The notes below the pieces were generated by a model, which was not told the origin of the DNA, made no database searches, and saw only the letters and a list, made by a program, of their open reading frames with translations. The position numbers and the translations under genes are program-made. DNA of 64,000 nucleotides from Oligoflexales bacterium (GTDB lineage: Bacteria; Bdellovibrionota_B; Oligoflexia; Oligoflexales; JAPPIL01): the NCBI GenBank assembly GCA_965215515.1, contig OZ244057.1, positions 448,001 to 512,000 on the forward strand, given 5' to 3'. Of the stretch, positions 18,122-28,262 are shown in pieces. Position 1 is the stretch's first letter. Each line of letters begins with the position of its first letter.

Positions 18122-19651
18122 TTGGCGGTGAAAATTGGGGTTATCGACATCGGCACTAATTCCTGCCATCTGTTGGTCGCGGATATCGGGCGGCAGGGCG
18201 AGATTGCGGTGCTCGATACCGATAAGATTCCTTTGCAGCTCGGCCGTTATCTCACCGCTCAGGGCGAGTTGTCGGCGCAGGGGATCGCCAATACGCAGGC
18301 TGCCGTCTCCCGTATGAAGGAGATATGTAAGGGCTATCGTGCCGAGGTGAAAGCGGTTGCCACGCATGCGGTGCGCAGCGCTGCCAATCAACACGAGTTG
18401 ATCCGCACCGTGCGAGACGGCTGTGGTGTGTTGATCGAGCCTATCGACGGGATCGAAGAGGCGCGGTTGATTTTTCTCGGCATGCGTTTTGGTCTGTCGC
18501 TCGACCACGTCGGTTGTCTGGGGATCGACATCGGGGGTGGCTCGACCGAGATCATTTGTGGCACGGGTAGCAACATCGACTACGCCGCGTCGTTGCAGCT
18601 CGGTGCGGTGACGATGAGTCTGCGCTTCTTCAGCGCAACACCGACCGCCCCTGAAATCGAGGCGTTACGAGAATTCATTACTACCGAGTTGGAAGCGAAC
18701 GTCGTACCCCCGTCACGGCTTTCCTTCACCACCGCCGTTGTGTCGTCGGGCACAGGCAAGGCGTTGGCGGCGATCGATCATTATCTGCGCAACGGCAAGA
18801 CTTTGAAAGATGTCAACGGCTACGTGCTCGCACATGAAGATTTGCTGCACATCGTGGCACGGATGGAAGAACTGCGTACCCCCGCGGCGATCGCACGTGC
18901 TTTCGCTCTCGATGCGGCACGAGCGGAAATCATTCTAGCGGGCAGCTTGATTCTCAAAAAAATTTCCACCTGGGGCAAAATAGCCGAGTGGAAAATCTCT
19001 ACCTGTTGTCTGCGTGAGGGTATCGTCGTCGATACCTACGAACACGGTCGCGATCACTACGATACGCGCTGGCGGGGGGTGCAGGCGGTCAGTGAAAAAT
19101 TTAAATGCGACCAACGCCAAGCTCGCCGTGTGCTGAACTTCGCCCTCAATGTCTTGCACAACGTGCCCCGCCGCATCTTGCCCGCCGTAGAGATCATGCA
19201 GTTGCGCGAACTGCTGTCAGCCGCGGCCTGGCTGCATGAGGTCGGCAAAATCATCGGACACGAACGTTACCACCGCCATTCGTATTACATTATTCTGCAT
19301 AGTGCTTTGCTGGGCTTCAATCAACGTGAAAAAGAAATCATCGCGCGTGTTGCCCGCCACCATCGCAAGGGCAAGCCCGCGTCACTCGCTCATCTGTCCA
19401 CTACCGATAACGATGTTATCTGCCTGTTATCCACCATCTTGCGCATCGCTGTCGCGGGTTTTCGGCGACGACGCAATACCATTCTCGGCGTAAAAATTCG
19501 CGATCAGGGGATCTTGACGTTTATTTTTTATTACGCCGACAAAAATTTTCCTGCGGTGGAGATGTTTAATTTGCGCAGTGAACAACAAAACGTCGAGGAG
19601 ACATTGCGCACTGCGGTATCTTTTGTCATGCAACGCCGTGTCCGCAACTGA
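18122..19651 (+). CDS. ppx: Ppx/GppA exopolyphosphatase with HD-like C-terminus
   Basis: IDIGTNS, ATHAVR, EEARL, DIGGGSTE, LREG, LHEVGK. Confidence 0.92.
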   Translation: MAVKIGVIDIGTNSCHLLVADIGRQGEIAVLDTDKIPLQLGRYLTAQGELSAQGIANTQAAVSRMKEICKGYRAEVKAVATHAVRSAANQHELIRTVRDGCGVLIEPIDGIEEARLIFLGMRFGLSLDHVGCLGIDIGGGSTEIICGTGSNIDYAASLQLGAVTMSLRFFSATPTAPEIEALREFITTELEANVVPPSRLSFTTAVVSSGTGKALAAIDHYLRNGKTLKDVNGYVLAHEDLLHIVARMEELRTPAAIARAFALDAARAEIILAGSLILKKISTWGKIAEWKISTCCLREGIVVDTYEHGRDHYDTRWRGVQAVSEKFKCDQRQARRVLNFALNVLHNVPRRILPAVEIMQLRELLSAAAWLHEVGKIIGHERYHRHSYYIILHSALLGFNQREKEIIARVARHHRKGKPASLAHLSTTDNDVICLLSTILRIAVAGFRRRRNTILGVKIRDQGILTFIFYYADKNFPAVEMFNLRSEQQNVEETLRTAVSFVMQRRVRN

Positions 19652-20540
19652 ACGTGTCATCGTTATCTATGGCGAAGACGACTATCTGCGTCGTCAAGCC
19701 GAAGACGAGATCAGAACTGGTTTCGGCGCGGTTATCGGTCTCGACCTGCAACAGCTGCGGCACGATGAACTTATCGCCCGCGCTTGCCAACGCGATCTCT
19801 TTCGCACTGAAGCACAGTTGTATGTTATGCGCGGCAAAGACGAGCCGCGCAGCTTGTGGAAAACATTGCTTGCCGTGCAGACAAAACTCTGCCATGTCTT
19901 GCTTTTTAATTGCGGGAAAAAATCGCTCTCGGCTGCGGCGTGCCAAACTCTGCAAACGCTGAACGCCAAGCTGCTTGCTTGTCCTGCCCCGCGCCCTTAC
20001 GAGTATGACAAACATCTGCACCGCATCTGTGCTCGACACGATTTACATCTCGACTGTGACGGTCAGCGATTGCTGCTCGCACACGGTGGACTGCAGCTCG
20101 CTACTCTGGCTAACGAGGTGCAAAAACTGGCGTTGATCTTCGGCACGAGCGACATTACCGCGGCGGACATCGCCCCTCACCTCGGCCTGTTGCGGGAGGA
20201 TCATAGCTTTGTCATTATCGACTTGCTGTTGAACAGGCAGTACAGTCGTGCACAGCTGGTGGTGGAGGATCTCTTACGGCGCGGCGCAAGTCCCCTGGCG
20301 CTCCTCGGTGTGCTGGCTTATTTTTTGCGCAACGTCATCACCGCGGGTGAAGGGCAACTCAAACTCTCTCCTCGTCAAGTTACCCGCTACCGCAGCTTGG
20401 CACGCATCTGCCAGCCTGATACTTGTCTCGAATTGTTGGCTTTTTGCCAGCAGGCGGACATGGCTTTGAAAACCTCCCGCCTACGTCCTGAACTCATACT
20501 GGGCGAGATCCTGCTGCGCTTATCCTCCTGTACGGCATAA
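19578..20540 (+). CDS. holA: DNA polymerase III delta subunit (start uncertain)
   Basis: IYGEDDYL, NEVQKL, C-terminal ADMALKTS. Confidence 0.75.
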   Translation: MNNKTSRRHCALRYLLSCNAVSATERVIVIYGEDDYLRRQAEDEIRTGFGAVIGLDLQQLRHDELIARACQRDLFRTEAQLYVMRGKDEPRSLWKTLLAVQTKLCHVLLFNCGKKSLSAAACQTLQTLNAKLLACPAPRPYEYDKHLHRICARHDLHLDCDGQRLLLAHGGLQLATLANEVQKLALIFGTSDITAADIAPHLGLLREDHSFVIIDLLLNRQYSRAQLVVEDLLRRGASPLALLGVLAYFLRNVITAGEGQLKLSPRQVTRYRSLARICQPDTCLELLAFCQQADMALKTSRLRPELILGEILLRLSSCTA

Positions 20541-20612
20541 CGGTTGCTTAGCGACGGGCAAGTGCGATAGAATAGGCCACGCCTGGGTGCTAGTTGAACA
20601 ACCGAAGGAGGC

Positions 20613-21941
20613 GTGATGCGTCTGTGGACGAAGCTATGGTTAGTGCTGCTGTGTGTGGGCAGTCGTGGGGTCGAGGCGAAGGAAGGTGATCGTTTGGTCA
20701 TTATTTCACCGCACCGCAAGTCTCTGCAGCGTGAGTTCATCCCGTTGTTTCGGGAGGATTACCAGCGGCGCTACGGCAAGAAGATCGTGGTCGATTGGCT
20801 CGATCAGGGGGGGACGAACGACGACGTGCGTTTTATCCGTGCCAAGTTTGCCAAGAACCATGCCAGTGCGGGGGTAGACGTTTTTTGGGGCGGTGGCGAT
20901 ATTGTCTTCTCCATGTTGGCGAAGGAGGGGTTGTTATCGCCCTATCGACCTTCGGAACAGATACGCAAGGCCATCCCGCAACAGCTGGCGGGTATCACGA
21001 TGCGCGACAAGGACAATCTGTGGCACGGCACGGCTATGTCGACGTTCGGTATTTTTTACAACAAGAAACTCCTCAAGATAGAAAATCTCCCTGTGCCCCG
21101 CCAGTGGGTCGATCTCGCTCGACCTGCATACTACAACCTCGTTGCGGTGACCGACCCGCGTCGTTCGGGAAGCATGTCGCAGATGGCGGAGATCATCATG
21201 CACAGTGCGGGCTGGGACGAGGGGTGGCATCTTTTGGCAGGCTTGGCGGCGAACGCGACACGGTTTACCCACTCCAGCAGCGATCCGATCAAGGCGGTGG
21301 TCGCGGGTGACGCGGTGGCCGCACCTGCGATCGACTTCTATGCCCACTCCCGCATCAGTAGCATCGGCAAGGACAAACTCGGCTTTGCCTTGCCGACGGG
21401 GCAGACGACGGTGGATTGTGACCCCGTCGCCATTCTGCGGGGAGCACCTAACCGTCAGGCCGCGGAACGGTTTGTGGAATTTTTGTTGCGTCCTGACGTG
21501 CAGCAGCGGCTTATCCTACCCAAAGGTGCGGCTCGCGGGCCGCGTTTTTCTTACTTGGGGCGAATGGCGGTCAACCCTGACAGTTATCGAGGGGTGGATC
21601 GGCAGCAGTTGCTGGTTCTCAATCCTTACGAGCTGAAGAACGAGGATGTCACCCATCTCGATCGAGAGAAGACGGTCAAAGCCATCTTAGTGCGCAAAGA
21701 TCTGATCGGCGCGTTGCACGTTGACACGCATCGGGAATTGCGCAAGATTTGGAAGGATGCGGTGCGCAACAAGCACGATGGGTTGCTGCGGCAGTTGAGT
21801 CGTCCGCCGCTGAGCGAGAAGGAGTTTATGCGGCTGACCGAGAGGTGGCACGACCCCGTGTTTCGCAACAAAAAAACCAGTGCGTGGCTGCAATATGCCC
21901 GCCAGAAGTACAAGCGTCTTCAGAAGCTGGCGCGGCTGTAG
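20613..21941 (+). CDS. Extracellular solute-binding protein (Fe3+/thiamine-type ABC family)
   Basis: Signal peptide, IISPH, DVFWGGG, DPRRSGS, AERFVEFLL. Confidence 0.85.
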   Translation: MMRLWTKLWLVLLCVGSRGVEAKEGDRLVIISPHRKSLQREFIPLFREDYQRRYGKKIVVDWLDQGGTNDDVRFIRAKFAKNHASAGVDVFWGGGDIVFSMLAKEGLLSPYRPSEQIRKAIPQQLAGITMRDKDNLWHGTAMSTFGIFYNKKLLKIENLPVPRQWVDLARPAYYNLVAVTDPRRSGSMSQMAEIIMHSAGWDEGWHLLAGLAANATRFTHSSSDPIKAVVAGDAVAAPAIDFYAHSRISSIGKDKLGFALPTGQTTVDCDPVAILRGAPNRQAAERFVEFLLRPDVQQRLILPKGAARGPRFSYLGRMAVNPDSYRGVDRQQLLVLNPYELKNEDVTHLDREKTVKAILVRKDLIGALHVDTHRELRKIWKDAVRNKHDGLLRQLSRPPLSEKEFMRLTERWHDPVFRNKKTSAWLQYARQKYKRLQKLARL

Positions 21942-22016
21942 CGGGATCAGCTATAATGTAATGGGTGACGGTGGGTGCACCGAGGATACCCGCGGTTTTA
22001 ACGATGAGGGTCGAGC

Positions 22017-23465
22017 ATGATAAAGTTTTTTACCCGCGGCGGGCTGTGTTTGGTTTGGCTGCTAGCTGAAGGCAGTTTTGCCTACGATCTGCCACGTGCT
22101 AAGGGGGCGGGGTGGAAGAGTCTCGCCTTGCAGGAGTTGCAGAAAATTTCACGGGAGATCGCGGTGATCGCCAAGCAAGCGCGCAAGGCGATCGTCTATG
22201 TTTCAACTTCCAAGACCATCGAAATGCCTTTTGGTTATTCCGATCCGCTCGAATTTTTTTTCGGCCCCAACTATCGTCGTCACAATCAAGATCGGCCTAA
22301 GCGCAAGCGTGAGGGTTTGGGTTCGGGTTTTTTCATCGATCTTCAACGCGGCTATGTCCTGACCAACAATCACGTCGTTGCCGATGCTGACGAGATCAGT
22401 CTCAAGCTGGCCAACGATGAGGTTTATGATGGCAATGTGGTGGGGCGGGACAGCAACACCGATGTCGCGGTGATTGAGATCAAGGACAAAAGTTTCAACC
22501 GTCGTGGCTTGCAGTCGTTGGTGCTCGGCGATTCCAGCAAGTTGGTGGTCGGTGATCTGGCTTTCGCACTCGGCGCACCGTTCGGCTTGGAGGCTAGTCT
22601 ATCGTTTGGCATTGTCTCGGCGATGGGGCGGGGTAATCTCAACATCACGCGCATGGGCAATTTTATTCAGACCGATGCAGCCATCAATCCTGGCAACAGC
22701 GGCGGCCCCCTGCTCAACGATGCGGGTCTGGTGGTTGGTCTCAACACGGCGATCTACTCTCGTTCTGGTGGTTACAACGGGATCGGCTTTGCCGTGCCCT
22801 CCAACTTAGTGCGGCGTGTTGCGGAACAGTTGATTAACGACGGGCGTGTGCAGCGCGGTTATCTGGGGGTACAGTTGCAGGCGATCAGTCCTGATCTGCA
22901 CAAGAGTCTACGCTTACCGCAGGGGATCAAGGGTGCGCTGGTATCGCAGGTCATGCGGGGTGAGCCTGCGGACAAAGCAGGATTTCGGGCGGGGGATGTG
23001 ATTGTAGCCGTCAACAACCGTAAAATCGAGAGTGTGCCCGACTTGATCAGCATCATCGGCCTGATCAAGCCAGGGGTGAAGACGAAGATAGGAATTTACC
23101 GCGGCGCTCGCCCCCAGACGATTTACGTAACGATCGGTGCGTACCGCGAGGAGCGACAAGTGTCGCGTAGAGCTGGGAGTGACAGCCGTAACAGTGTTTT
23201 GGGGATGACCTGCAGCAAGGTTAGTGATCGCCTTCGCCAGAAGTTTGGTTTCGAGAGTCAGCACGGCTTGGTGGTGGTTGAGGTTGCGAGCAATTCTCCC
23301 GCCAGCAGGTCGGGACTACAGCCTGGTGATGTGTTGCTCAGCGTTAACGGAGCAAAGGTCACCAGTTTACGGAAATTGCGTAAACTGATCGATGCGGCCA
23401 CTCGCCCACATATTCGCATCGAACGGCAAGGGCAGTTTCTCTTCGTCGCACTGCGTAAAAAATGA
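22017..23465 (+). CDS. degQ: HtrA/DegQ serine protease with two PDZ domains
   Basis: GSGF, TNNHVV, DAAINPGNSGG. Confidence 0.93.
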   Translation: MIKFFTRGGLCLVWLLAEGSFAYDLPRAKGAGWKSLALQELQKISREIAVIAKQARKAIVYVSTSKTIEMPFGYSDPLEFFFGPNYRRHNQDRPKRKREGLGSGFFIDLQRGYVLTNNHVVADADEISLKLANDEVYDGNVVGRDSNTDVAVIEIKDKSFNRRGLQSLVLGDSSKLVVGDLAFALGAPFGLEASLSFGIVSAMGRGNLNITRMGNFIQTDAAINPGNSGGPLLNDAGLVVGLNTAIYSRSGGYNGIGFAVPSNLVRRVAEQLINDGRVQRGYLGVQLQAISPDLHKSLRLPQGIKGALVSQVMRGEPADKAGFRAGDVIVAVNNRKIESVPDLISIIGLIKPGVKTKIGIYRGARPQTIYVTIGAYREERQVSRRAGSDSRNSVLGMTCSKVSDRLRQKFGFESQHGLVVVEVASNSPASRSGLQPGDVLLSVNGAKVTSLRKLRKLIDAATRPHIRIERQGQFLFVALRKK

Positions 23466-24220
23466 ACAGGCCGCTCGCCCGCACTCTACAGGGGGTTGTG
23501 TGGGTAGCGGCGCAGGACAGTCTCGTGTTGCCCCCTGCAGTCCCTGCTCCATGTGCGTACAGCCCTTTGTTGCGCAAGTACGGTATTCGGCATGCCTTTC
23601 TGGGAAGAGGGGGGCGGGTTGCAGCGGTGCAGCATGTCAAGCAGGTGCACAGCACGGGAATCGTGGCCGCGGGGGCGGGGACTGCGGCACAGGCGGTGGT
23701 GCGCACTCAGGCCGATGGGGTGTTCACTCTGCGGCGCGGGGAAAGCGTGGCGGTAAAAACGGCTGACTGTGTGCCGATTCTCTACTGTGATCGGGAGGCG
23801 AGGTATTTTGCTCTAGCATTACATGCGGGGCGGCGCGGTTTGTTAGCGGGGATTGTCGCACGTGCGCTCAGTTGTCTCAGCACGCAGGAGGTGCGATGTC
23901 GTGGCGGTTTCTGGTCGATCGGGCCCGCGATCGGAGCGGCAGCTTATGAGGTCGGTGCTGCCGAAATGGAAGCGGTGTATGACGAGGCGGTGGGTTTGTC
24001 TGCGGAGGGGGTAGCTTTGTGTCTCGGCAAGGGGCATGGCGATCGTTGGTATCTCGATTTGCAGCTGTTGGCGGTTTTGCAGCTGTTGCATTGTGGGGTC
24101 AGTGCTGCACACCTCAGCGTGGTCAGGATTTGCACCTATAGGGCTGCAAAGTTGTTTTATAGTTTTCGTTTTGACAAGCGGCATCTAGGATCGAACTGGA
24201 GTTATATATCCCTGTCATGA
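23462..24220 (+). CDS. pgeF: YfiH/PgeF family protein
   Basis: QVH, KTADCVPI, LHAG, FYSFR. Confidence 0.88.
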   Translation: MNRPLARTLQGVVWVAAQDSLVLPPAVPAPCAYSPLLRKYGIRHAFLGRGGRVAAVQHVKQVHSTGIVAAGAGTAAQAVVRTQADGVFTLRRGESVAVKTADCVPILYCDREARYFALALHAGRRGLLAGIVARALSCLSTQEVRCRGGFWSIGPAIGAAAYEVGAAEMEAVYDEAVGLSAEGVALCLGKGHGDRWYLDLQLLAVLQLLHCGVSAAHLSVVRICTYRAAKLFYSFRFDKRHLGSNWSYISLS

Positions 24221-25287
24221 TGCAAGACGAACATGTTTATGCGGTGGTGTTAGCAGGCGGAAGCGGAACGCGTCTATGGCCTGCGTCGCGGCGTGCGCGC
24301 CCCAAACAATTCTGTCGCATCGGCGGCGAGAAGACGTTGTTGGAACAGACGTTGTTGCGTCTCGATGGTTGTGTGCCCGCGGCGCGGCGGTTGGTGGCTA
24401 CTCGACAGGAGCAGTATGAGTGCACCGCACAAATCGTGCGGGTGGGGGAAGGAAGTGCGCTGGCCGCGGAGATCGTCGCAGAGCCTGTGGGGCGGGGGAC
24501 ACTCGCCGCGGTGAGTTTAGCGACGCTGGCCTTGGCGGCACGTGATCCGCACGCGGTGGTTATTTCTTTGCATGCTGATGCGTTTATTGCGGATGTGTCT
24601 GCTTTGCAGCACACCCTTGTCGCTGCGGTGCAGGCGGCACGGCACGGTTATTTGGTGTTGCTCGGTGCTAAACCGCGTTATGCTGCGGTGTGTTACGATT
24701 ATATCGAGCGTGGGCGGCAGTGTGCTGAGCAGGCGGGGGTTTATCGAGCGCGGGTTCATTATCGCCCTGCACCCAGTGAAGCTGCGAGCTATGCGCAGAG
24801 AGATGATTATTTTTGGAACAGCGGCATTTTCGTGTGGCGGGCAGGGTTTTTCTGCCAGCAGCTGAGGGTTTTACAGCCACGGGTGGCGAAATCTTTGGCG
24901 GCTTGCGTCGCAGCACGGGGGAGCGTTGTTTCTTCGCTGTTGTGCAAAAATTACCCTCTTGTCGCAGAGATGTCGATCGATGCGTTTTTGGCGCAGAGCC
25001 GTCACTGTGTGATGTTGCCTGTGGATTGTGGGTGGCTGGACATCGGCAGTTGGGATATGTTCGCGCAAGCTTTCCAGACCGATAGGGACGGCAATCTTTC
25101 CTTTGGTGCGGTGTTGATGCGTGATTGTCGCGGCACGACGGTAAAGACAGACGGGATACAGGTAGCTGCACTGGGGCTACAGGATGTGGTTGTCGTCGTG
25201 ACGGACGACGCGGTGCTGGTGTGTGCGAAGGAGCGTGCCCAGGAGGTGCGCACCCTCGTGGCCTGCTTGCCTGATGCTGTTGTCTAG
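24217..25287 (+). CDS. Mannose-1-phosphate guanylyltransferase-like protein (divergent)
   Basis: LAGGSGTRLWP, PKQF, WNSGIF, W.DIGSW. Confidence 0.85.
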   Translation: MMQDEHVYAVVLAGGSGTRLWPASRRARPKQFCRIGGEKTLLEQTLLRLDGCVPAARRLVATRQEQYECTAQIVRVGEGSALAAEIVAEPVGRGTLAAVSLATLALAARDPHAVVISLHADAFIADVSALQHTLVAAVQAARHGYLVLLGAKPRYAAVCYDYIERGRQCAEQAGVYRARVHYRPAPSEAASYAQRDDYFWNSGIFVWRAGFFCQQLRVLQPRVAKSLAACVAARGSVVSSLLCKNYPLVAEMSIDAFLAQSRHCVMLPVDCGWLDIGSWDMFAQAFQTDRDGNLSFGAVLMRDCRGTTVKTDGIQVAALGLQDVVVVVTDDAVLVCAKERAQEVRTLVACLPDAVV

Positions 25288-25366
25288 GTTTTTGCCTTCC
25301 CTGTCCGCTTCTGCGGGCAAAGCAAGCCTGTGTACAGCGCTGCAAACGATAAAAAATAATGCCTGT

Positions 25367-26644
25367 CTAGCTGCCGCGCCTGAACGCAGCCCAGCCCTTG
25401 AGGTAGGTGAAGGCGGTGGTCAGCTGACGGTCTTGTTGTTGTTGGGGTGGCCAGTTTTTGATCTCTCGCAACAGACCGATGTTCTCGGAAAGATCGCTCA
25501 AATCCTGCCCCTTGATATGACGCTTCAGATCGGACTCTCTGGGACCGCGCGGCGGGGCGACGGTCGGGCCGCGGGGCACATGTATATCTGGCTCGATGCC
25601 CTTGGCTTGGATGGAACGATCGTTGGGTGTGTAGTAACGCGCCACGGTAAGTTTCAAGCCTGACCCGTCGGGTAATACGATCAGTGTTTGCACCGACCCT
25701 TTGCCGAAAGTAGTCGTACCGATGACGAGTGCACGTCCGTGATCTTGCAATGCGCCTGCGACGATCTCCGCAGCACTCGCCGTGCCGTTGTTAACCAGCA
25801 CCACAATGGGAAACCCCCGATAGGTGTTGCGCTTGTGGGCAAATTCACGCTCGATGCGGTTGCGGTCTCTGCCTACCGTAGACACGATCAAACCCGATTC
25901 GATGAACAGATCGCTGACCTTAACCGACTGCTCCAACAGACCACCTGGGTTATTGCGTAAATCAAGCACCATGCCCTTAAGTGACGCGTGCTCGGTTTGC
26001 ATAATTTTTTCTAATTCCACCCCCGTATCGCTCTGAAAACTGTTGATTTTGACGTACAATATCCCCCGACTGAGGCTCGTGGTCTGCACGGACTTGATCT
26101 TGATAACTTCCCGCACCAACTCGAAGGTCAACACCTCTTCACCGTGTCGCTTGACGACAAAGGTTACCTTGGTGCCCGCCTTGCCACGCATTTTCTTAAG
26201 AGCATTGCCGCTTCCGATAACCTCGATTTTGTGCCCATCGATGGCGACGATCTCATCGCCTGACCTGATGCCCGCCCGCGCCGCGGGCGTGCCCTCGATG
26301 GCCGAGACCACGATTAGTTTCTCACGTTCACGCGACACGATAATGCCGACACCGCCGAACTTCCCTTGCGTATCCATCGTCAGCTGACGGAAAGCTTCTC
26401 GCGGCATAATCACCGTATGCGGGTCGAGTTTGCCGACCATACCCTGCAAGGCATGGGCGATCAATTTGCTCTGTGTCACTTGCTGGGGGTCGAAATAACT
26501 CATCTCCAAAAAATAAATGACCTTTGCAAACGTCTCTAACGCCTGATAACGCCCCCCATCCGCCCGCAGCACACCGAAGTGCAACGCCAGAAAAGACACG
26601 AAGACGAGGCGGGTAAACTTGATCCGCTGAGCCATGCTCACCAT
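25367..26644 (-). CDS. ctpA: C-terminal processing peptidase S41
   Basis: LDPH, PDZ, LDLRNNPGG, ASAAEI, TFGKGSVQ. Confidence 0.95.
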   Translation of the reverse strand: MVSMAQRIKFTRLVFVSFLALHFGVLRADGGRYQALETFAKVIYFLEMSYFDPQQVTQSKLIAHALQGMVGKLDPHTVIMPREAFRQLTMDTQGKFGGVGIIVSREREKLIVVSAIEGTPAARAGIRSGDEIVAIDGHKIEVIGSGNALKKMRGKAGTKVTFVVKRHGEEVLTFELVREVIKIKSVQTTSLSRGILYVKINSFQSDTGVELEKIMQTEHASLKGMVLDLRNNPGGLLEQSVKVSDLFIESGLIVSTVGRDRNRIEREFAHKRNTYRGFPIVVLVNNGTASAAEIVAGALQDHGRALVIGTTTFGKGSVQTLIVLPDGSGLKLTVARYYTPNDRSIQAKGIEPDIHVPRGPTVAPPRGPRESDLKRHIKGQDLSDLSENIGLLREIKNWPPQQQQDRQLTTAFTYLKGWAAFRRGS

Positions 26645-26668
26645 CCTACCACATAGCCTCAGGCACGG

Positions 26669-27433
26669 CTATCTTTTCTGCAAGCTTTGTCGCAAAGCCA
26701 TCGCTGCCCGCCGCTCTTGAAGATTGAGTCCCGCCTGACGGCTGTAAATATCGACAGTGCTAAACGCTTGTCGCCATTTACCCACCCGCACGTAGGCATC
26801 GCTCAGGTGTCGTATAGGTTCTAGACATTTGCGGCAGAAGTTTTTCGCTTTGTTCAGCCAGGCGATAGCACCCTCATAACGCCGCTGCTGGAAGCGCAAC
26901 AACCCCATCTTCAACAGCGTCAAGTAGTAGGAGGGATTCTCTGCCAGTGCTCGGCGATAGTAGTACTCGGCACGTTTATGGTTGCCGCGCTCTTGGCAAA
27001 TAAGACCGAGATTGTGGTAAAAACGTTCGCGGCGCGGGTAGGTCTCGCTACCCTTCTCCCGTAACAGAGTGTGGAGCAATTTCTGTGCCTGCGACCGCGA
27101 GCCCGCCGCGATGAGAGCCGAGCTGAGATTTAGACCTGTCTTGGCTTTGCCGTTTTGCCGATACGCACGGCGCAAGTAGGAGATCGCCTTGCTAGGATTG
27201 TGCAGAGCGAGTTGGGTAACACCCATCAATTCTACAAAAACGATGTTATCAGGGTTTTCAGCAAGAATTTTACGCAGCTCTCCGTGCGCCTGCGACGGCA
27301 AACCTGAATTCAAATAGTTGATGATGATGTTTTTTTGGGAGGCGAGAATCTTCGCCGCATCCCGTTCGGCTCTACCGCTGGTTTGACAACTGCCCAACAG
27401 CCAGACGGCGACGGTTGCAATGATAAACGGCAT
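26669..27433 (-). CDS. TPR lipoprotein (PilF/PilW/Tgl-like)
   Basis: Lipobox LGSC and TPR-like repeats. Confidence 0.7.
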   Translation of the reverse strand: MPFIIATVAVWLLGSCQTSGRAERDAAKILASQKNIIINYLNSGLPSQAHGELRKILAENPDNIVFVELMGVTQLALHNPSKAISYLRRAYRQNGKAKTGLNLSSALIAAGSRSQAQKLLHTLLREKGSETYPRRERFYHNLGLICQERGNHKRAEYYYRRALAENPSYYLTLLKMGLLRFQQRRYEGAIAWLNKAKNFCRKCLEPIRHLSDAYVRVGKWRQAFSTVDIYSRQAGLNLQERRAAMALRQSLQKR

Positions 27434-27512
27434 GGCGTACTCATTAGGGTTATGCTGGCGATCGGCTCTGCTTAGCATTATACCCTGTTCTCGCGACAAA
27501 GTGTGCACAACG

Positions 27513-28262
27513 ATGGCAGACACAACCCCCACCCTAGCAGAACTACTCCGCACTGCACGCATGCAGCACGGCTACAGCCGCACCCAGTTGGCGGCGGCGA
27601 CCAAAGTGCCTCTCGCCTTCATTGTCGCCGTCGAAGAAGAGGACTGCGCCGCCCTCCCCGCGGCGGTATTTTGCCGCGGTTTTCTGCGTATCCTCGCCCC
27701 GCATCTGCAACTCGACTGCGAGCATCTGCTCAATGCCTACGACACTCTGCCCCTGACTTCGGCACCCGTCAGTCCATCGCTTGTCGCACGCGACATGCTC
27801 AGCGATCTGCGCACTTACCCGTCAACAGTGCGACATCGGCAACGCTGGCTGTTCGTGCTCGCCTTCGTGTTGCTCGGTGGCACAGTTTGGTATTTTTTCG
27901 CACCGCACAAACCGCCTTCTCCCCAGTTTACCCCGCGGCACATAGCTTCGCCCCCTCCTGTCTCGATCACACCCTCTGCGGTGCGGCAAAACTTGCGCGT
28001 GCAAGTGCTGCGCCCGCTGCAGGTTGACCTAACCCTCGATGCTGAACCACATCGTACACGCCTGTTGTTACCGCAAAGTTATGAATTTACCTTCGAGCAG
28101 CGAGCACGTCTGGTGCTCAGCGATGCGACCGCGGTCAAGCTGTGGTTCAACGGCGAAACGATCGGTAACTTGGTACATGGTGAGCGACGACGAGTATTAA
28201 TCTTTCAGGCGACCACCACCGCACGGGCGGAGGAAAATGCAGATCATCATTTCCAGCGCTGA
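27513..28262 (+). CDS. rodZ: RodZ-like HTH-TM protein
   Basis: LRTAR..LP..VFCRGFLR, single TM helix, DUF4115-like C-terminus (WFNG). Confidence 0.75.
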   Translation: MADTTPTLAELLRTARMQHGYSRTQLAAATKVPLAFIVAVEEEDCAALPAAVFCRGFLRILAPHLQLDCEHLLNAYDTLPLTSAPVSPSLVARDMLSDLRTYPSTVRHRQRWLFVLAFVLLGGTVWYFFAPHKPPSPQFTPRHIASPPPVSITPSAVRQNLRVQVLRPLQVDLTLDAEPHRTRLLLPQSYEFTFEQRARLVLSDATAVKLWFNGETIGNLVHGERRRVLIFQATTTARAEENADHHFQR

